Assembly: GCA_012295275.1 (NCBI GenBank)
Contig: CM022666.1
Coordinates: 11,284,001-11,348,000, forward strand
Reading direction: 5' to 3'
From: Chrysomallon squamiferum
Lineage: Eukaryota; Animalia; Mollusca
DNA: 64,000 nt
Shown here: positions 26,103 through 41,536 of the stretch, one piece after another
Numbering within the stretch: the first letter of the stretch is position 1
How the letters are laid out: the number at the start of each line of letters is the position of its first letter
The notes under the pieces: generated by a model
The model's database searches: none
What the model saw: only the letters and a program-made list of their open reading frames with translations
Told to the model about the DNA's origin: nothing
Made by a program: the position numbers and the translations under genes

Positions 26103-29100
26103 TTAAAAGAAAGTATAAAAGTAAAGATGCAAAAAAGTAAACACCAAGCTGTTTCAAACTGAAATTAACATTGATGATCTTCAATAGGAAATACATTCTT
26201 AACTTAATACTTCACACACTAAAGAATCTTTTAAATATTATTATTATAAACTGACTGCATATCCTGAAGGATTTCTGAAGTTTACCTGAATGCAAATGTT
26301 TTATTACTTAATTCGTTATGCCAAAATATAATTGGCATGTATCCTCATGAATTAGTTATTATTTTTTCACATATCTGGCAAAGATGGGTAAAAATTAAAC
26401 AATTTTCTTAGTTTTATTATATATTTACTTAACATAAACGCTAACCTAGAGTACTCTCTGTCTCACTGTACTCAGACTCAGAGTCAGATTTAGATACATC
26501 TTCATCCTCTGGCAAATTATTTCTCATACTCTCCAACTTCCTTTTCCTGTACGCCCTCCAGCCTCTCTGAATCCTTTAAATCATACAAAAATAAAATGTA
26601 AAATTAGTTTGCATATAAACAGAAGCAGTTGCTTTGAACTGTGGTAATTTTCAAATGATTCAGCGCAAAATCTCATGGACAAAAATAAAAAACACTGGAC
26701 AAAACCCCAATGGACAAACCCACAACTGGTTTTAGCAAGATTTAGACATGAACAGTAATATATAGGAATGACTAGTATTCTCTGTGTATAGATACACTAG
26801 TTACAGGTGTAAGCCTAGTTTTGGTTCTTAGGTAGAACAGGCTTTCTTTTTCATAAAGCTTTCTTTCAGAAGCATGTTATGTTATTTTGGTATTGTTTAT
26901 ATACATAAAAATGTATGAACTCAGTCTGCTTGGATTTTGTCCTTCTGCTTTTTCAAGGTTTTTAAATTCAAGTATGAAATTTTTCTCAGAATTAAGAACA
27001 AGTATAAAAAAGGTCACATAAGAAATGACAGATCATTTACAACTAGTGTTTAGTAGTGGCTTGCACTTATTTGATTAACTAAGTTTGAAATTGTTTTTGA
27101 ATAGCATGTATTTTTATTTTTAAATGTTTATAAACAGAGGTTGATTATACATTTTATCAATACATGACACTGTCTACCAATAATAATAGACAAACAAACA
27201 AAATGTGACTTGAAAGGCAAGAAGAATTAGTTTCATTTGTTCATACTTGCCTCACCTGATTTATAACAGTTATATGCTTTACTGATTATTATAAGATACA
27301 ACTGGATAAGTGGACAAACCACAAATGACATACGATCTTTTTATTATCTGCATTTTATTTGTTCTGTCTTCAAAAGAATAATTCATAGCAAAATGCCAAG
27401 AAAAATTTCTTATTAGAAAGTACAAACATACCTTGAAGATTGCTGTGAAATACAGTTTAAAAAAAAAAAATTAAATTATAAAGATAACTTTTAAACAGTT
27501 TTTATCTCCTGTTCTAATATTGTCTGGCAGTAAATTTCTGTATTCTATTATTGTATTATGTTAAATTTTAAAACTGCAGTAATATAACATTATATTAATC
27601 CTTTCTTATATTATTTAGTCATATTATATTATATAATCAGTTTTAAATACAAAATTATACAGAATTATGGTTTTTAAATTTTCAAGTAATTTTTCTAACG
27701 CAATATACATCCAATCTGTTCTATTTTCAAACCAATGAACACAACTGAAAAATAAAGAAATATAATAATGTAGTAAGGATCTTAATTTATGTGATGTGAA
27801 AAAAGAATTTATAACTGGCAAAATATTATTAGTTTAACCTGTAAACAAACTCACGTGAGAACTTTACTTAAATAGTTTCTGTCACGATTTCTCCGAGTGG
27901 TTGCATTGTCATCCAGTAATACTTCAAGTTTGTGACTAAAACATTCAAACAAACTAAATTAAACAAAGTATCCCACTTTTATAGAAACTTCTCGTAACAA
28001 ACATTAACAACAATAAAAATTCTTGTCTTCAATTATAATTTATTGATCAATCAAAGTGAAAGTTGAAGAAAAATGCTTAATACCTGATAAAGTATTATCT
28101 ATCAAACATATATATGTATACAATTTTCTTTTTTATACCTAATAAAAAAAATAGTGAGTTTGAGTAAGACTCAGTATTTAATCATTTTGTGATTATATAT
28201 ATATACACACACACATACACATATGTATATGTATATTTATATAATGGCACACAGAAGTGAATAATACCAAATTAGTTTCCTGTGTTTAAATGTACAATAT
28301 TTAAAAGCATCAAATATTTTTTTTATACCTATTTGTTTTAGATGATGTACAATGATGCACTCACAATAAAAGAAATTCATTGATTGCTATAATGCCACCA
28401 TTTTATATTATGAAATCTTACATAATGAATATTCAATAGTTAGCTGTATCCATTTTTTTATTTATAGTAATAAAAAAATAAAAAATAAAATAAAAAATAA
28501 AAATGTTTTGAATATTTCTGTTTTTAAGTTAATAAAGTTTGTAAAACTTGTGAAAGGAAATGCCAAAGACAGTTTGCACACAGCACTAATGAACTGCAAT
28601 TTAGTGTGCATCGGGTAATAAGAAGCTATAAATTTTATACATAAAATCTTGTTTGGGCAGATGGGGTTTTATATTATTTATTTATTTATTTATTTATTCT
28701 GTTTTCTTTTGTGTGTATGTTTTTGCTATTTTTACAATCTTACACAGAGGAATGTAATAAATATGACATAGACAAATGTTTTTAAAAACCAGGACCTTAC
28801 TGACAGTTTCTGTAAGGAAATATAAACAAAAATATAAACAAAAATGTAATAACTGTGATAGACATAAATATTATATTTTCTGCTAACTGCAAATAAATAT
28901 ACAGTAATGTTCAAAAATGGTATTCATCTCTAATTATAAAAAAGAATTGCATCTAAACAGACTTATCTCAAAAGCGAAAACTGATGAAAAAACCCAATAA
29001 AAAAAACCATTTTAAACATTAAATGATTTCCTGTGTCAAATATTTATAAATATATTTATCTGTGTTAAAATGCACATAAATATATTGCAAAGAACACAGA

Positions 29101-31244
29101 AAAATAGACACAACAACAATAATAATAATACTATAAGCAAAGCTTTCAAAACTTAAAAGAAATAAACTACATGATCCTTCATCTGAACTTGATTATACCT
29201 TGTAGAAAAGCACAATCACTACACAACATGTAGAGATATTAAACAAATAGTTTAGTGGCAAATGTACACATTAAAACAATTCTCAATAAAGCAGGGTAGA
29301 CTAAATTATAAAATGAATATTATTTTCATAAGAAACTGAAGTCATAAGTTGAACAGTTGTTTTATAACTCTCAAAGTTTTCATAATTTTCAGTGCCAATG
29401 TAACTTGTAGTAAATCAGTAAATAAAAATTGATAATTATTTGCTTGAACATAAAAACAGAAATGGCAAAATATTGAAGTTATCTGCCTTTAACCATACAA
29501 ATTTCACACAAAATTTATAAATAATAATGTCACATTATTTACAAAAAGTTAAAACAAAGAGATACAATTCAGAAATAAACAAACAAATGATTAAGAACAC
29601 TTATCTATTTAAATCAACAGTGACACATACAAACACATATTGATAGATTTACAGACAAACAGACAGACAGATGTTAATAACTAATAGGAGTCATAATTTT
29701 TTCATAATTATGGTTATAAAAGGAAAAGAGGAAACCAACATTTTTTATTCCATATTAAAAGCAAGGAAATTCTTTTTTCATTTTTTTTTCAGTCTTAAAT
29801 ATATTATTACAAGCTGTTGTACTACTAAAGAGATATAATACACAGGATTTCTGTCAGAAATTTATAACTTACTTCTCAATGAGTAGTTCCCCTTCTTCTA
29901 CCTGTTCTGTCATTTTGTCAGTTCTCATCTTTTCATCCTGAAATCAAGTTTTAATCATATTTATGTTTAATGTCTTCTACTGCATGTGCATTACTAACAA
30001 ATAACATGAACAAAAGATTTTAATAAACAATTTAAACAGCCATTATGAATAAATGGGTGTTTTTCAAATTACTTTTAAACTACATCTTCAATTTAGATAT
30101 TTAGAGATTAATGAAATCTTTATATAAAATCACAATTTCTCTGGGTTTTTCATGCTTTTTTTTTAATCGGTTGTTGACTACATGTCAAGGACAGCTATGA
30201 CTGTGAATGATACTGCTCTCTGTAGATCACAGGAACTCTTGGAAGATGATATCAGCCAGAACCTCTTCTACATATCTGGTTGAGCTTGTTGTAGCCAGTC
30301 CTTAATTGGAAAAATGATGACTTGATCATGACCAGATAGCAGATGACAGCCATAAGTTTGTTTGGTTTGTCTATAGAGAAATTTCGTATCGGATTTCATC
30401 TCTTCATATATCTTCATTATGCCCCTATTCATTATATTTATAGTCACATTACCCCATTCATAGTCCATTCCTTGACAGAAGGAGCTTTGGCTTCTCTTAG
30501 GGACATCCATGCTGGACTTGACAAAGGTTGAGATTAGACAGATATGTACTAAGGGTGAGATAACTCTAACAGAAACTCAAGTGCTGAAGTCAGAAGTATT
30601 GGGCTGCACGACACACTCTAACAGACCACAATACTATGCACCAATAGCTACCATGACTACATTTCTGGACAATAATGACCTGATCAATGCTTGCCCTGTG
30701 ATGACAGTTTCACTGTTGTGACTCTTATTTAAAAAAAAGTACCATGAAAGGAGAATTTGTTTTGTTTATTTATTTAAATACATAAGAACATAAAAGTAGA
30801 TAATGTGACAAAAAGCATAAACTACTCTGTAATTTAGAAAACCCCATAAATCTGAGTATTATACATAAGATTTTATTATTATTATTCAACAGACTGAGAT
30901 GTATGTGCAATACAGTTTTTAACAAAATAAATGTTAACTGTAATAAATCTTTAATCTGATGTTATAACTAAACAAAAGAAGCATTTCTAATATTTGCTTT
31001 TCAGTTACTCCCCACTAAGTCTGTCAAAGTTATTTAATACAAAGGAAATGGAAACAATCTTCTTTATTTATATTAAAATCACGTGCATTTTATCTGGTAA
31101 TTTCATACTTGACTTAAAAAAAATTATAATTTCATTTTGAATATCCACATAGCAGTAATAATTATTTAGCATTAAACCATATAAAACAAAGAGAAATGAT
31201 TCAGAAATGGAGCATCAAATGTAAGTTTAAACCAATTTATCTCC

Positions 31245-31293
<49 letters not shown>

Positions 31294-31884
31294 TTTTTGG
31301 GTATAATGAAACATCAAAAACAATGTTTTATACTAACCTCTAAACATTTTTCAAACAGAAGATTGTAATATTGTTGTCGACCAAGATAACCACGGTAATG
31401 TTTCTGAATACACACTGCTGCCTTCTCCTCACTTGTCAACTGGGACTGCTAATAAAGGAAAACAATACTCCATGTTATATTTTATTTTCAATTTATACAC
31501 ATATTTCTCTCAACGTTTACTGCTTTACACAATTATGGTAAACTGCAAGCATTTTGTTTTTTATGCAGAAAATGATAAACAGGTTACCATTCTGTATTAC
31601 GAGGAAAAGCTTGTTTTGAATACTTTACCTGTTCAATGAAATATTTACAGACCTTAACAAAATGTGTCATTTAATGAGTCCTTTTACCAGGTTGTAATAA
31701 TTTTATATTATTACCAAATCAGATAAAATATTAATTTAGGTAAAGTATAGCAAACAATCATCTAATAAGTATGTTGTCACTGGATTTAGAAGCAACAGAA
31801 GAGCGACAATGACATTCAGACTTCAGATATTTTGCCAATGAATATTTACATTTCTTAAAAATGTCCTTGTTCCTTCTATTTTCT

Positions 31885-31938
<54 letters not shown>

Positions 31939-34900
31939 ACTTTTATTTTGTTATATGTTTGGTTGCTGTGTCTGTTTCTTTGACTGACTGACATTCAGAT
32001 TAATAATCAATATGACTAGGACTCAAAGAATGACAATGAACATGTATCATCAAAATAACATCAGCAAATTTCACTGTAACTTCAGAGTTTTGGAATCAAT
32101 ATCATAATATCTGCTTTGATCATTACCTACAAAGATGTAAAATGTAATATATACAATATGTTACCACCCACTGGTTAACATCATGTTTTCCTGTGATCTG
32201 AACAGAGTGACATGTTACGTGTTTTAAAACCCTTTTCTGTACACTAATATTCTATCATCTGTTAATAAACAAATATTGCAGATAAATTTAAAAAAGAAAA
32301 ACAGCAGATGTGATCTCATAACATGGTTACTGCAATATGCAGTAAGGCATCTATTCATATAGATTCATTCATAGTAATTATCATTAGTTGTTATAAATAG
32401 GGTAGTTTTATTTACATAAAATATTCATGCTTCTTATTGTGATGGTTCTGATAACATAAAAACTAATATTGTAATTATAAGATTTTTATATTATAATGAA
32501 TAATAATAAACATATTTTGTTTCGGAAGAAATTTGTAACTTCTAAATAAATAAATCAGTAATTCTAAAACAGCAATGTATGAAAATAATATTTATTTTAT
32601 CTGAAATTACTAATATTATTTTTCCATTATGGACTAGTTTTCTTTCTCTCCTGATAACAGATCGTTAAGCTTATGTTACAAACATACAATTTGTTATTAT
32701 GACTGACCTGCTTAGAAAATGACGATATCTAAGGGCACACACAGACTATATTGTACATCTACTGTGAGTAGCACTTTGAGCAATTTTACATCTTTCAGTT
32801 TCTAACCAGCAGTATAACTGCCAGTCACAGACTAAATTCTTAACCTGCTAATATCATAAACATCAATGAAATCATGCATGCAGGCAAACCTGTAGATGAA
32901 GAATTCTAGTCCACCCTAATGGACATTTGTGACTGCCAAATACAGCAAATGTGTGGAATGATCAAATGAGACACCTAAGCTCTTGTAGAATTAGACAAAT
33001 CAATATTTGTAGTAAGAGCTGCTTCCTCTATTCTACGAATCAATATCATCACATCACACATTACACTTCCATTAACTAACATGATTTCTTCCATTTTCTT
33101 TAGTAACATAATTAGTTCTTAGTATGACTGAAATGAAATTATTAGTGTTATCTTTTGATTATTATATATTATAAAGATGGTGATTACTTATATAGTTTTT
33201 CATTAAAAAAAATAATGTACGTATATATATATATGTAATTTAACAAAGTATCATTCAGCAGCTATGAAGAACTGACTACAAGGGCATGCATGCTCTGAGA
33301 TGAGATTAATGTTTTATAGTTACTTGCCTGGGCTCATTGCCAAAAAACAAAAGTTACAATGATCAATAAAAATGCTGCCACTATCAGCTGTTTTGTAAAA
33401 GGATTTTAAAGTGCTGGCTGTAAGTTCAACTAATGTTTTTCACTTCACTGGCACACAGCAAAGTTTATAAAGAACTAAAACAAGATTTAAAATCTGTAAT
33501 ATTTTACCCTTACTTTTCTTTTTTTTGTTAATATTTTTTTTAATTTGTGTGTGATTGTGTTTCTATAAAAATTATTTATATACTTTACAAATAATAATAA
33601 TAATAATAATCATAATAATGATGACAATAATGATAATAATAACAGCATTGTTTTCTGATTTAAATTTCTCAAATTAAACAACAGAACAGTGTAATGTTTT
33701 TATTAATTTTGTGTACATATAAAAGTTTATTTAAACTGTCTTGACTGCTTGAAAAATGTTTGAAAAGTTTATGATTTTTGGACTTCAGAATTTGAGCTTG
33801 TGATCTTCAACCAATAATGTGAACTATTTCAGTTATTGTTTAATATTTTTTATACTTTAATTAATGTATCTTACTATATGTGATAATTATGAAAAAATGT
33901 ATTTTATTTCTTCCTGCAAATAAAACATAATATCGAAATTATACTGACTGCTGTGAAAACTAGTACTAGAAATTCTGAATCTTATTTTTTAAATTTTATT
34001 ATTTACAAATTTGTTCATATATTTCAATTTTATTAAAATAGTGCTTACCTGAGGTAGTACCTCAGTCAGTATACTGGGATCAATAGTCTGAAATAAAACA
34101 TTTGTTTTACTTTTTTGTTTCTCAAAAGTGAACAATCAAAGAGCAAACAAACATTCATCTGAATTAATCTTTTCAGTAAAGGTTAGTTCAAATTATAATG
34201 AACATAATTAATTACAAATATATGGTTTTTCAAAGCAATGATAGTGAAAAGTATCATGTGTTGTAATATAAATGTTAAAACGTGCATAAACCAAATGTTT
34301 CAAAACACACACACACACACACTTAATACTCTTTCACATTTTCATTTACAATTTACAGTTAGGAAGAATTAACTGTTAGTAACAAAAGATATAATTGAAA
34401 TAATTTATGCAAAACAATAGATAGAAAAGCTACATATACTTTGCTTTTCCTTAAAAAACTATTTTTCTAATGTGAGAATGATTGGTTAACGTCAGATAAA
34501 AAGAAACAGTTTATTAGCAATATTAGAAAATTTAAAAAATACACATAAAAAAAATCCCACATATTTAAAGTTATTGTTAATTTTGATTTTTGTTTGTCAA
34601 AATATTAATAATAAACCTATCTCAAAGCAGCTCACTGAATGCTAGTACTGTACCAGGGGTCGGCAACCCTTGGCCCACAGCCCTCATCTGGTCTGCGAGG
34701 AGTTTAGTGCATCCTGCTAAATGAACATTTTTGGACACCAATTATTACATTAACGTCATTGTTTTTTTCTTTAAACCTACAGACCAAAACAGCATTGCTT
34801 CATAGCATCCCTTTTTGGTGCTCAATATTGAAGATAGAATTGAGAGAGAGAGAGAAATATCGGTATGTACATATGTATAATAGATTTGATATCTTGGCCC

Positions 34901-35363
34901 TCCTCCAAATTGACTGCATAGCAGCATGGCCCCCTCTTTCCGAAAGGTTGCCGAACCCTGTACTATACCACAAGATACTGCAGAAAATGCAAAAATGTTC
35001 ACTGGCAGTGAGAAATAACATTTACGTCAGGTGTATTTTGCCAAAACTCATAAAGATCTATGCCAGTAAACGCTAATGAAACTGATTAACTAACAGTCCA
35101 CTAAATACTGTAATTTACTATAAACTCAGTTGTAGTCAATATAAAAATAATTATATTGTTTGTACATTTATTTTAGATGTTGAACTGTAAATGTATGATA
35201 AAAGTATTTGATCTGTGAATTTGTGAAACAGCTCTAGTACTGTATTTACCTTCATAACATTCCTATTTCTTTGAAATCTTTTTTCTTGTAATTCTTCAAA
35301 ATTAGGCTGCTCTAATATTATTTGTTCACCAGCATCAAGCTTCATATAGGGACAATCCATCAT
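6113..35363 (-). CDS. SCHIP1: IQCJ-SCHIP1-like protein (schwannomin-interacting protein 1 with N-terminal IQ motifs), ~675 aa
   Basis: Exons in transcript order: 35363-35250, 34087-34049, 31448-31338, 29937-29873, 27935-27855, 26573-26446, 25958-25192, 12284-12057, 9218-9108, 7770-7699, 7280-7163, 6845-6752, 6212-6113. All are GT-AG and phase-compatible, total 2028 nt. SCHIP1 hallmarks: [110 protein letters not shown] motifs: [11 protein letters not shown] and [11 protein letters not shown]. The 3' seven exons are very secure; the two most 5' exons are less so. Confidence 0.88.
7885..7976. repeat. (CA)n microsatellite
   Basis: Directly visible, with two GA interruptions. Confidence 0.97.
10402..10436. 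repeat. (TG)n microsatellite
   Basis: Directly visible. Confidence 0.97.
12343..12402. repeat. (TAA)n microsatellite, imperfect
   Basis: Directly visible; it generates the poly-Leu stretch in the ORF track. Confidence 0.93.
12877..12999 (-). CDS. SCHIP1: Candidate alternative first coding exon of SCHIP1 (41 codons, MRDKACLND...HRILWYQ)
   Basis: aaaATG, a stop-free frame, then a consensus donor CAG|GTAAGT in phase 0, compatible with exon 12284-12057. Confidence 0.4.
13583..13612 (-). CDS. SCHIP1: Candidate alternative first coding exon of SCHIP1 ([10 protein letters not shown])
   Basis: ATG plus 9 codons ending TAC AAG|GTAC, phase 0, with a second internal donor AAA|GTAAGT also in phase 0. 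Resembles the recalled 10-aa vertebrate short-isoform leader MVHQ(D/E)NCSYQ. Confidence 0.45.
16360..16808. repeat. Tandem repeat (minisatellite), ~117-bp unit, ~4 copies
   Basis: Unit starts TGATATATAAGAAAGTGTTCAATTTTGAAAAACTTAAACAATG at 16360, 16477 and 16594, with a shortened fourth copy from ~16704. Copies are near-identical. Confidence 0.95.
17220..17624 (+). mobile_element. hAT (Charlie/SPIN-like) DNA transposon remnant, right end
   Basis: Ends in AAAAGTTTGCCCAGCCCT, a typical hAT-Charlie right TIR. An internal peptide [20 protein letters not shown] resembles the C-terminal end of Charlie-type transposases. Locally CpG-richer than the flanks. Left end not resolved. Confidence 0.5.
18053..18082 (-). 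CDS. SCHIP1: Candidate alternative first coding exon of SCHIP1 ([10 protein letters not shown])
   Basis: caacATG in a good initiation context, 10 codons ending TAC AAG|GTAC, phase 0. Confidence 0.5.
24895..25152. mobile_element. Tigger/pogo-like MITE (degenerate)
   Basis: Imperfect terminal inverted repeats CAAATTGAGGGTTCCCTTATCTGAA ... TTCAGAAAAAGGGTTCTCAATCTG, followed by TA. Confidence 0.6.
30180..30430 (-). mobile_element. Degenerate non-LTR retrotransposon fragment (post-RNase H / CCHC C-terminal region)
   Basis: With one frameshift the minus strand reads [13 protein letters not shown]...[23 protein letters not shown], resembling the QVxIFRLRTGHNRLN motif of I-group LINE C-termini. Adjacent 30430-30720 is also non-intron-like but unassigned. 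Confidence 0.45.
31247..31291. repeat. (AC)n microsatellite
   Basis: Directly visible. Confidence 0.97.
31889..31937. repeat. (GT)n microsatellite
   Basis: Directly visible. Confidence 0.97.
34654..34960. mobile_element. hAT-superfamily MITE (307 bp)
   Basis: TIRs CAGGGGTCGGCAACC / GGTTGCCGAACCCTG (14 of 15 match), flanked by an 8-bp target-site duplication TACTGTAC (34646-34653) / TACTATAC (34961-34968). Confidence 0.88.
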
Positions 35364-35745
35364 TTAGAAACTATTAATTACAAAATTTTATATTCTTAAA
35401 ATTTTAATATTGTTTGTTATTAGATAAACATGTGTCAGTGATAATATTTTTGATTAATGGAATAGTTTTTGCCATCCATAAGCCATTCTTATCTAGAATC
35501 AAGAAAGAACATATTAATCTTTAGAAAAAACAGCATATTGGCTAGAGCAGGAAACACACTAATAAGAGCAGAAACAAGGACTGATCCTGTGATCTATCAT
35601 GCCTTAGGTCAATACTCTTCCACTTAGCTGCTGCCTATTCCAGTAATGTAATAATAAGCACTCTATAACACCATTTGAAACAACAGAGAATACCAGCAGT
35701 TAATATTTATATATATAATTTGTGAAAAAAAAAGACAGTAATAAT

Positions 35746-35777
<32 letters not shown>

Positions 35778-35905
35778 TATATTTTTTTTTTTTTTTTTTT
35801 AAATAAATATTATAAAATAAATCTTACAATAATCAAGTATAATGTTCCTATCATACATATATAGGCCTATATAATATTATAATATATGAAAACATAAATT
35901 AAAAA

Positions 35906-35940
<35 letters not shown>

Positions 35941-37149
35941 TGATAAAGAATATTTATATTTTTTTATATGTGTGTCTGAATGTGTATGTGTGTATTCCCA
36001 ATTATTTTTCAAAACTTTCTTTATAATTTTGGATTCACTGCTGAAATTTAGGTTAGTTCTAATTTTTTTTTTCTTATTTTGTTGGCATTTGTTTTTGATT
36101 TGAACAATAAGATTCGTAATTAATGTAATTGTTTAGAAGAGCTAGACAATTTAAAATCATTTTTAGGAAACTAAACATTCTGAGTTATCTCTAAACTCCA
36201 CAGCAGCTATGTCAAATACAAATATATCAAAATATGACAAATGATATATTGTTTGGTGAAAGCATGATAAATAAATAAATAATATTAAAGCAGAAATAGA
36301 ATGAAAACTTAACAAAACTAATATCCCAAACAATAAAATAAAATGGATATCTTTAGAAAATACTGTGCAAAATGTCCAGCATTCTGGCATTCAAGTTTAT
36401 CTTGGCTGGTGTCAGGACTGGCTTTTGTGTTGGACTAGTGTGAGATTTATGGTTGGTTTATGGCCACACTTTAATGGTATAACGTAGAGAAATTAGAAAT
36501 AATAATAAAATAAATAAAATAAAAATTCAATAAATAAAATTAACAATAGGACTTGAAAAGAATAAACGACAACAACAAATATAGAAAAAAATAAAATAAA
36601 TAAAATAAAGTCAGTTATTGTTAACTTACAGGACTTGAAAAAAAAAACGATGCACAGATGATCTGATGTTTTTATGATGTAATTGGATATCCCAGTCTAT
36701 ATAGATTGTACAACAATGCAGTGTCAAGTGTTATATATAAAAATTCGCGTTTAATTCAGAAAAATAATGGCATATGCCATATGTAAATTGTAATGCATGA
36801 TGTAGATATTGTCGTTTGGTACCCTAATTATCGTTATTAAAGCAATGCTTATATTTCTAGTATTATTAGTAAATCTGTGTAAATAAATTCGATTAAATGA
36901 ATAAAATAATATGTATGTATAATTATATAATCATAATGGGCCAAATGGTATGATCATGATAATGAAAAAAATAAAAAATAAAATAAAACAAAAATAAAAA
37001 TGTTATCAACTGTATACTTAAAGGTCTTATTTCTTCTGGAAAATGTATACTAGTTGTATTTAATAAGATAATTCAATATTATTAATCCATTGCAATGGAA
37101 TAAATAAGTAGGCTACCAAGAATAAATAGGTAAATATTTTTGTTTTCAC

Positions 37150-37220
37150 CTACCTTGATATTAGATTAGTATGTCTACGAATGTTCTCGAAATGCGTCTG
37201 CGTTAACCGAGACTAAAAGT
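37150..37220. promoter_or_regulatory. Probable bidirectional promoter region between IQCJ-SCHIP1 (-) and CFAP300 (+), containing a perfect heat-shock element at 37178-37192
   Basis: Local CpG enrichment in otherwise CpG-poor DNA. Minus-strand donor AAG|GTAGGT at 37153 lies ~67 bp from the CFAP300 ATG. cGAAtgTTCtcGAAa matches nGAAnnTTCnnGAAn. Confidence 0.55.
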
Positions 37221-40558
<3,338 letters not shown>

Positions 40559-41173
40559 CTTAAATCTTTTCTTGTTAGAATCAATAATGTACAATGAACG
40601 GTATCTTTTGTTAACAAACAATTCTTTGAATAAATATTTGGCAAGATAAAGTTGTCATAAATCTATAAATTAACACATACATCTGTACCTTTTTGTTGTT
40701 GTAATGGATCTGTTTTAATAAAGAAAGGAACATAATGCTTGTTGTAAGATAGTTGTAGTTGCTGCTGTACAAAAAAAAGTTTGAGTATATGTATTCAAAA
40801 CTGAAGGCTTTTATAGCAGTTACAAACTTTACAAATGTTTTTACATAGTTATTTCAGTTATACATAAATCTGAAATATTAATTAAATTATGAATGACAGA
40901 GTATATTGTTACAAACACAAGCATATGCTTCCCTCCCCATTTAAATATTTATAATTATATAGAACAAAAGATTACTGGCTTAAGATATCAGATTTGATCT
41001 GTGAAGGTTATGCCAACTTGAGCAAGATAAACCAACTTAAGACAGTAACTAATTTTTTTTTTTTAATCCAACAATCCTAATAAAACAAAAATTAAATGAA
41101 ATAACTGTTTTATTTCTCAACAGCAGTAGATCCATATATGCTGATTTTTTCAACCTATACATCAAATGGCTCT

Positions 41174-41207
<34 letters not shown>

Positions 41208-41210
<3 letters not shown>

Positions 41211-41536
41211 GTACTGGACCAATTATTTGGCGTCCTGAAATCTGGAAAGACCAGAAACCAGAAGCTTTTTCCCCATGCTATTTTCAAAGTTTGCCCATGC
41301 GGGTGTTGCCCTCACCAGAAGGGAACTACTCTTTCAAGCTGCATGGCATTCATTCACTTGCCACATTGTTTATATGTTCAGTTGCCACAGTTGTGTCTCA
41401 TCAATTTTCTTTATGTTTTTAATTTTTAAAAGTTTATGCCTAATTATTTACGTATTTAGATGGCTTGGTACCAGAAAATTCAGAAATCCAGAATGCCTCA
41501 TGCCCCAAGGAGTCCAAATAATTGGTCCAGTACCTG
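41208..41536. mobile_element. Tc1/mariner-superfamily (pogo/Tigger-like) MITE (329 bp)
   Basis: Perfect 23-bp TIRs CAGGTACTGGACCAATTATTTGG / CCAAATAATTGGTCCAGTACCTG, inserted at the end of a (TA)n run. Left flank TA, right flank CA (probably a mutated TA). Confidence 0.88.

Noticed and set aside
26685-26945. Possible MITE with repeated GGACAAAA motifs
   Set aside because: Terminal inverted repeats and TSD could not be delimited convincingly.
27432-27442. 11-nt candidate microexon (cacag|CAATCTTCAAG|gtatg) between the 81-nt and IQ exons
   Set aside because: It would shift the frame, and the flanking exons already join in frame and align gaplessly to IQCJ.
30430-30721. Additional IQCJ-SCHIP1 coding exon or independent gene
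   Set aside because: All three minus-strand frames contain stops and there is no compatible splice pair; more likely decayed retroelement sequence.
4036-31994. Short ORFs with HTHT, CVCV or poly-Leu/Phe/Ile tracts (e.g. 4036, 7785, 10296, 10300, 31758)
   Set aside because: Translations of microsatellites and AT-rich intron sequence; no splice or homology support.
34050-34070. let-7 microRNA gene (TGAGGTAGTA on the + strand)
   Set aside because: Only 10 nt match, the rest of the mature sequence is absent, and there is no precursor hairpin.
35578-35632. tRNA gene on the minus strand
   Set aside because: Only vague A/B-box-like remnants and no cloverleaf; at best a decayed SINE head.
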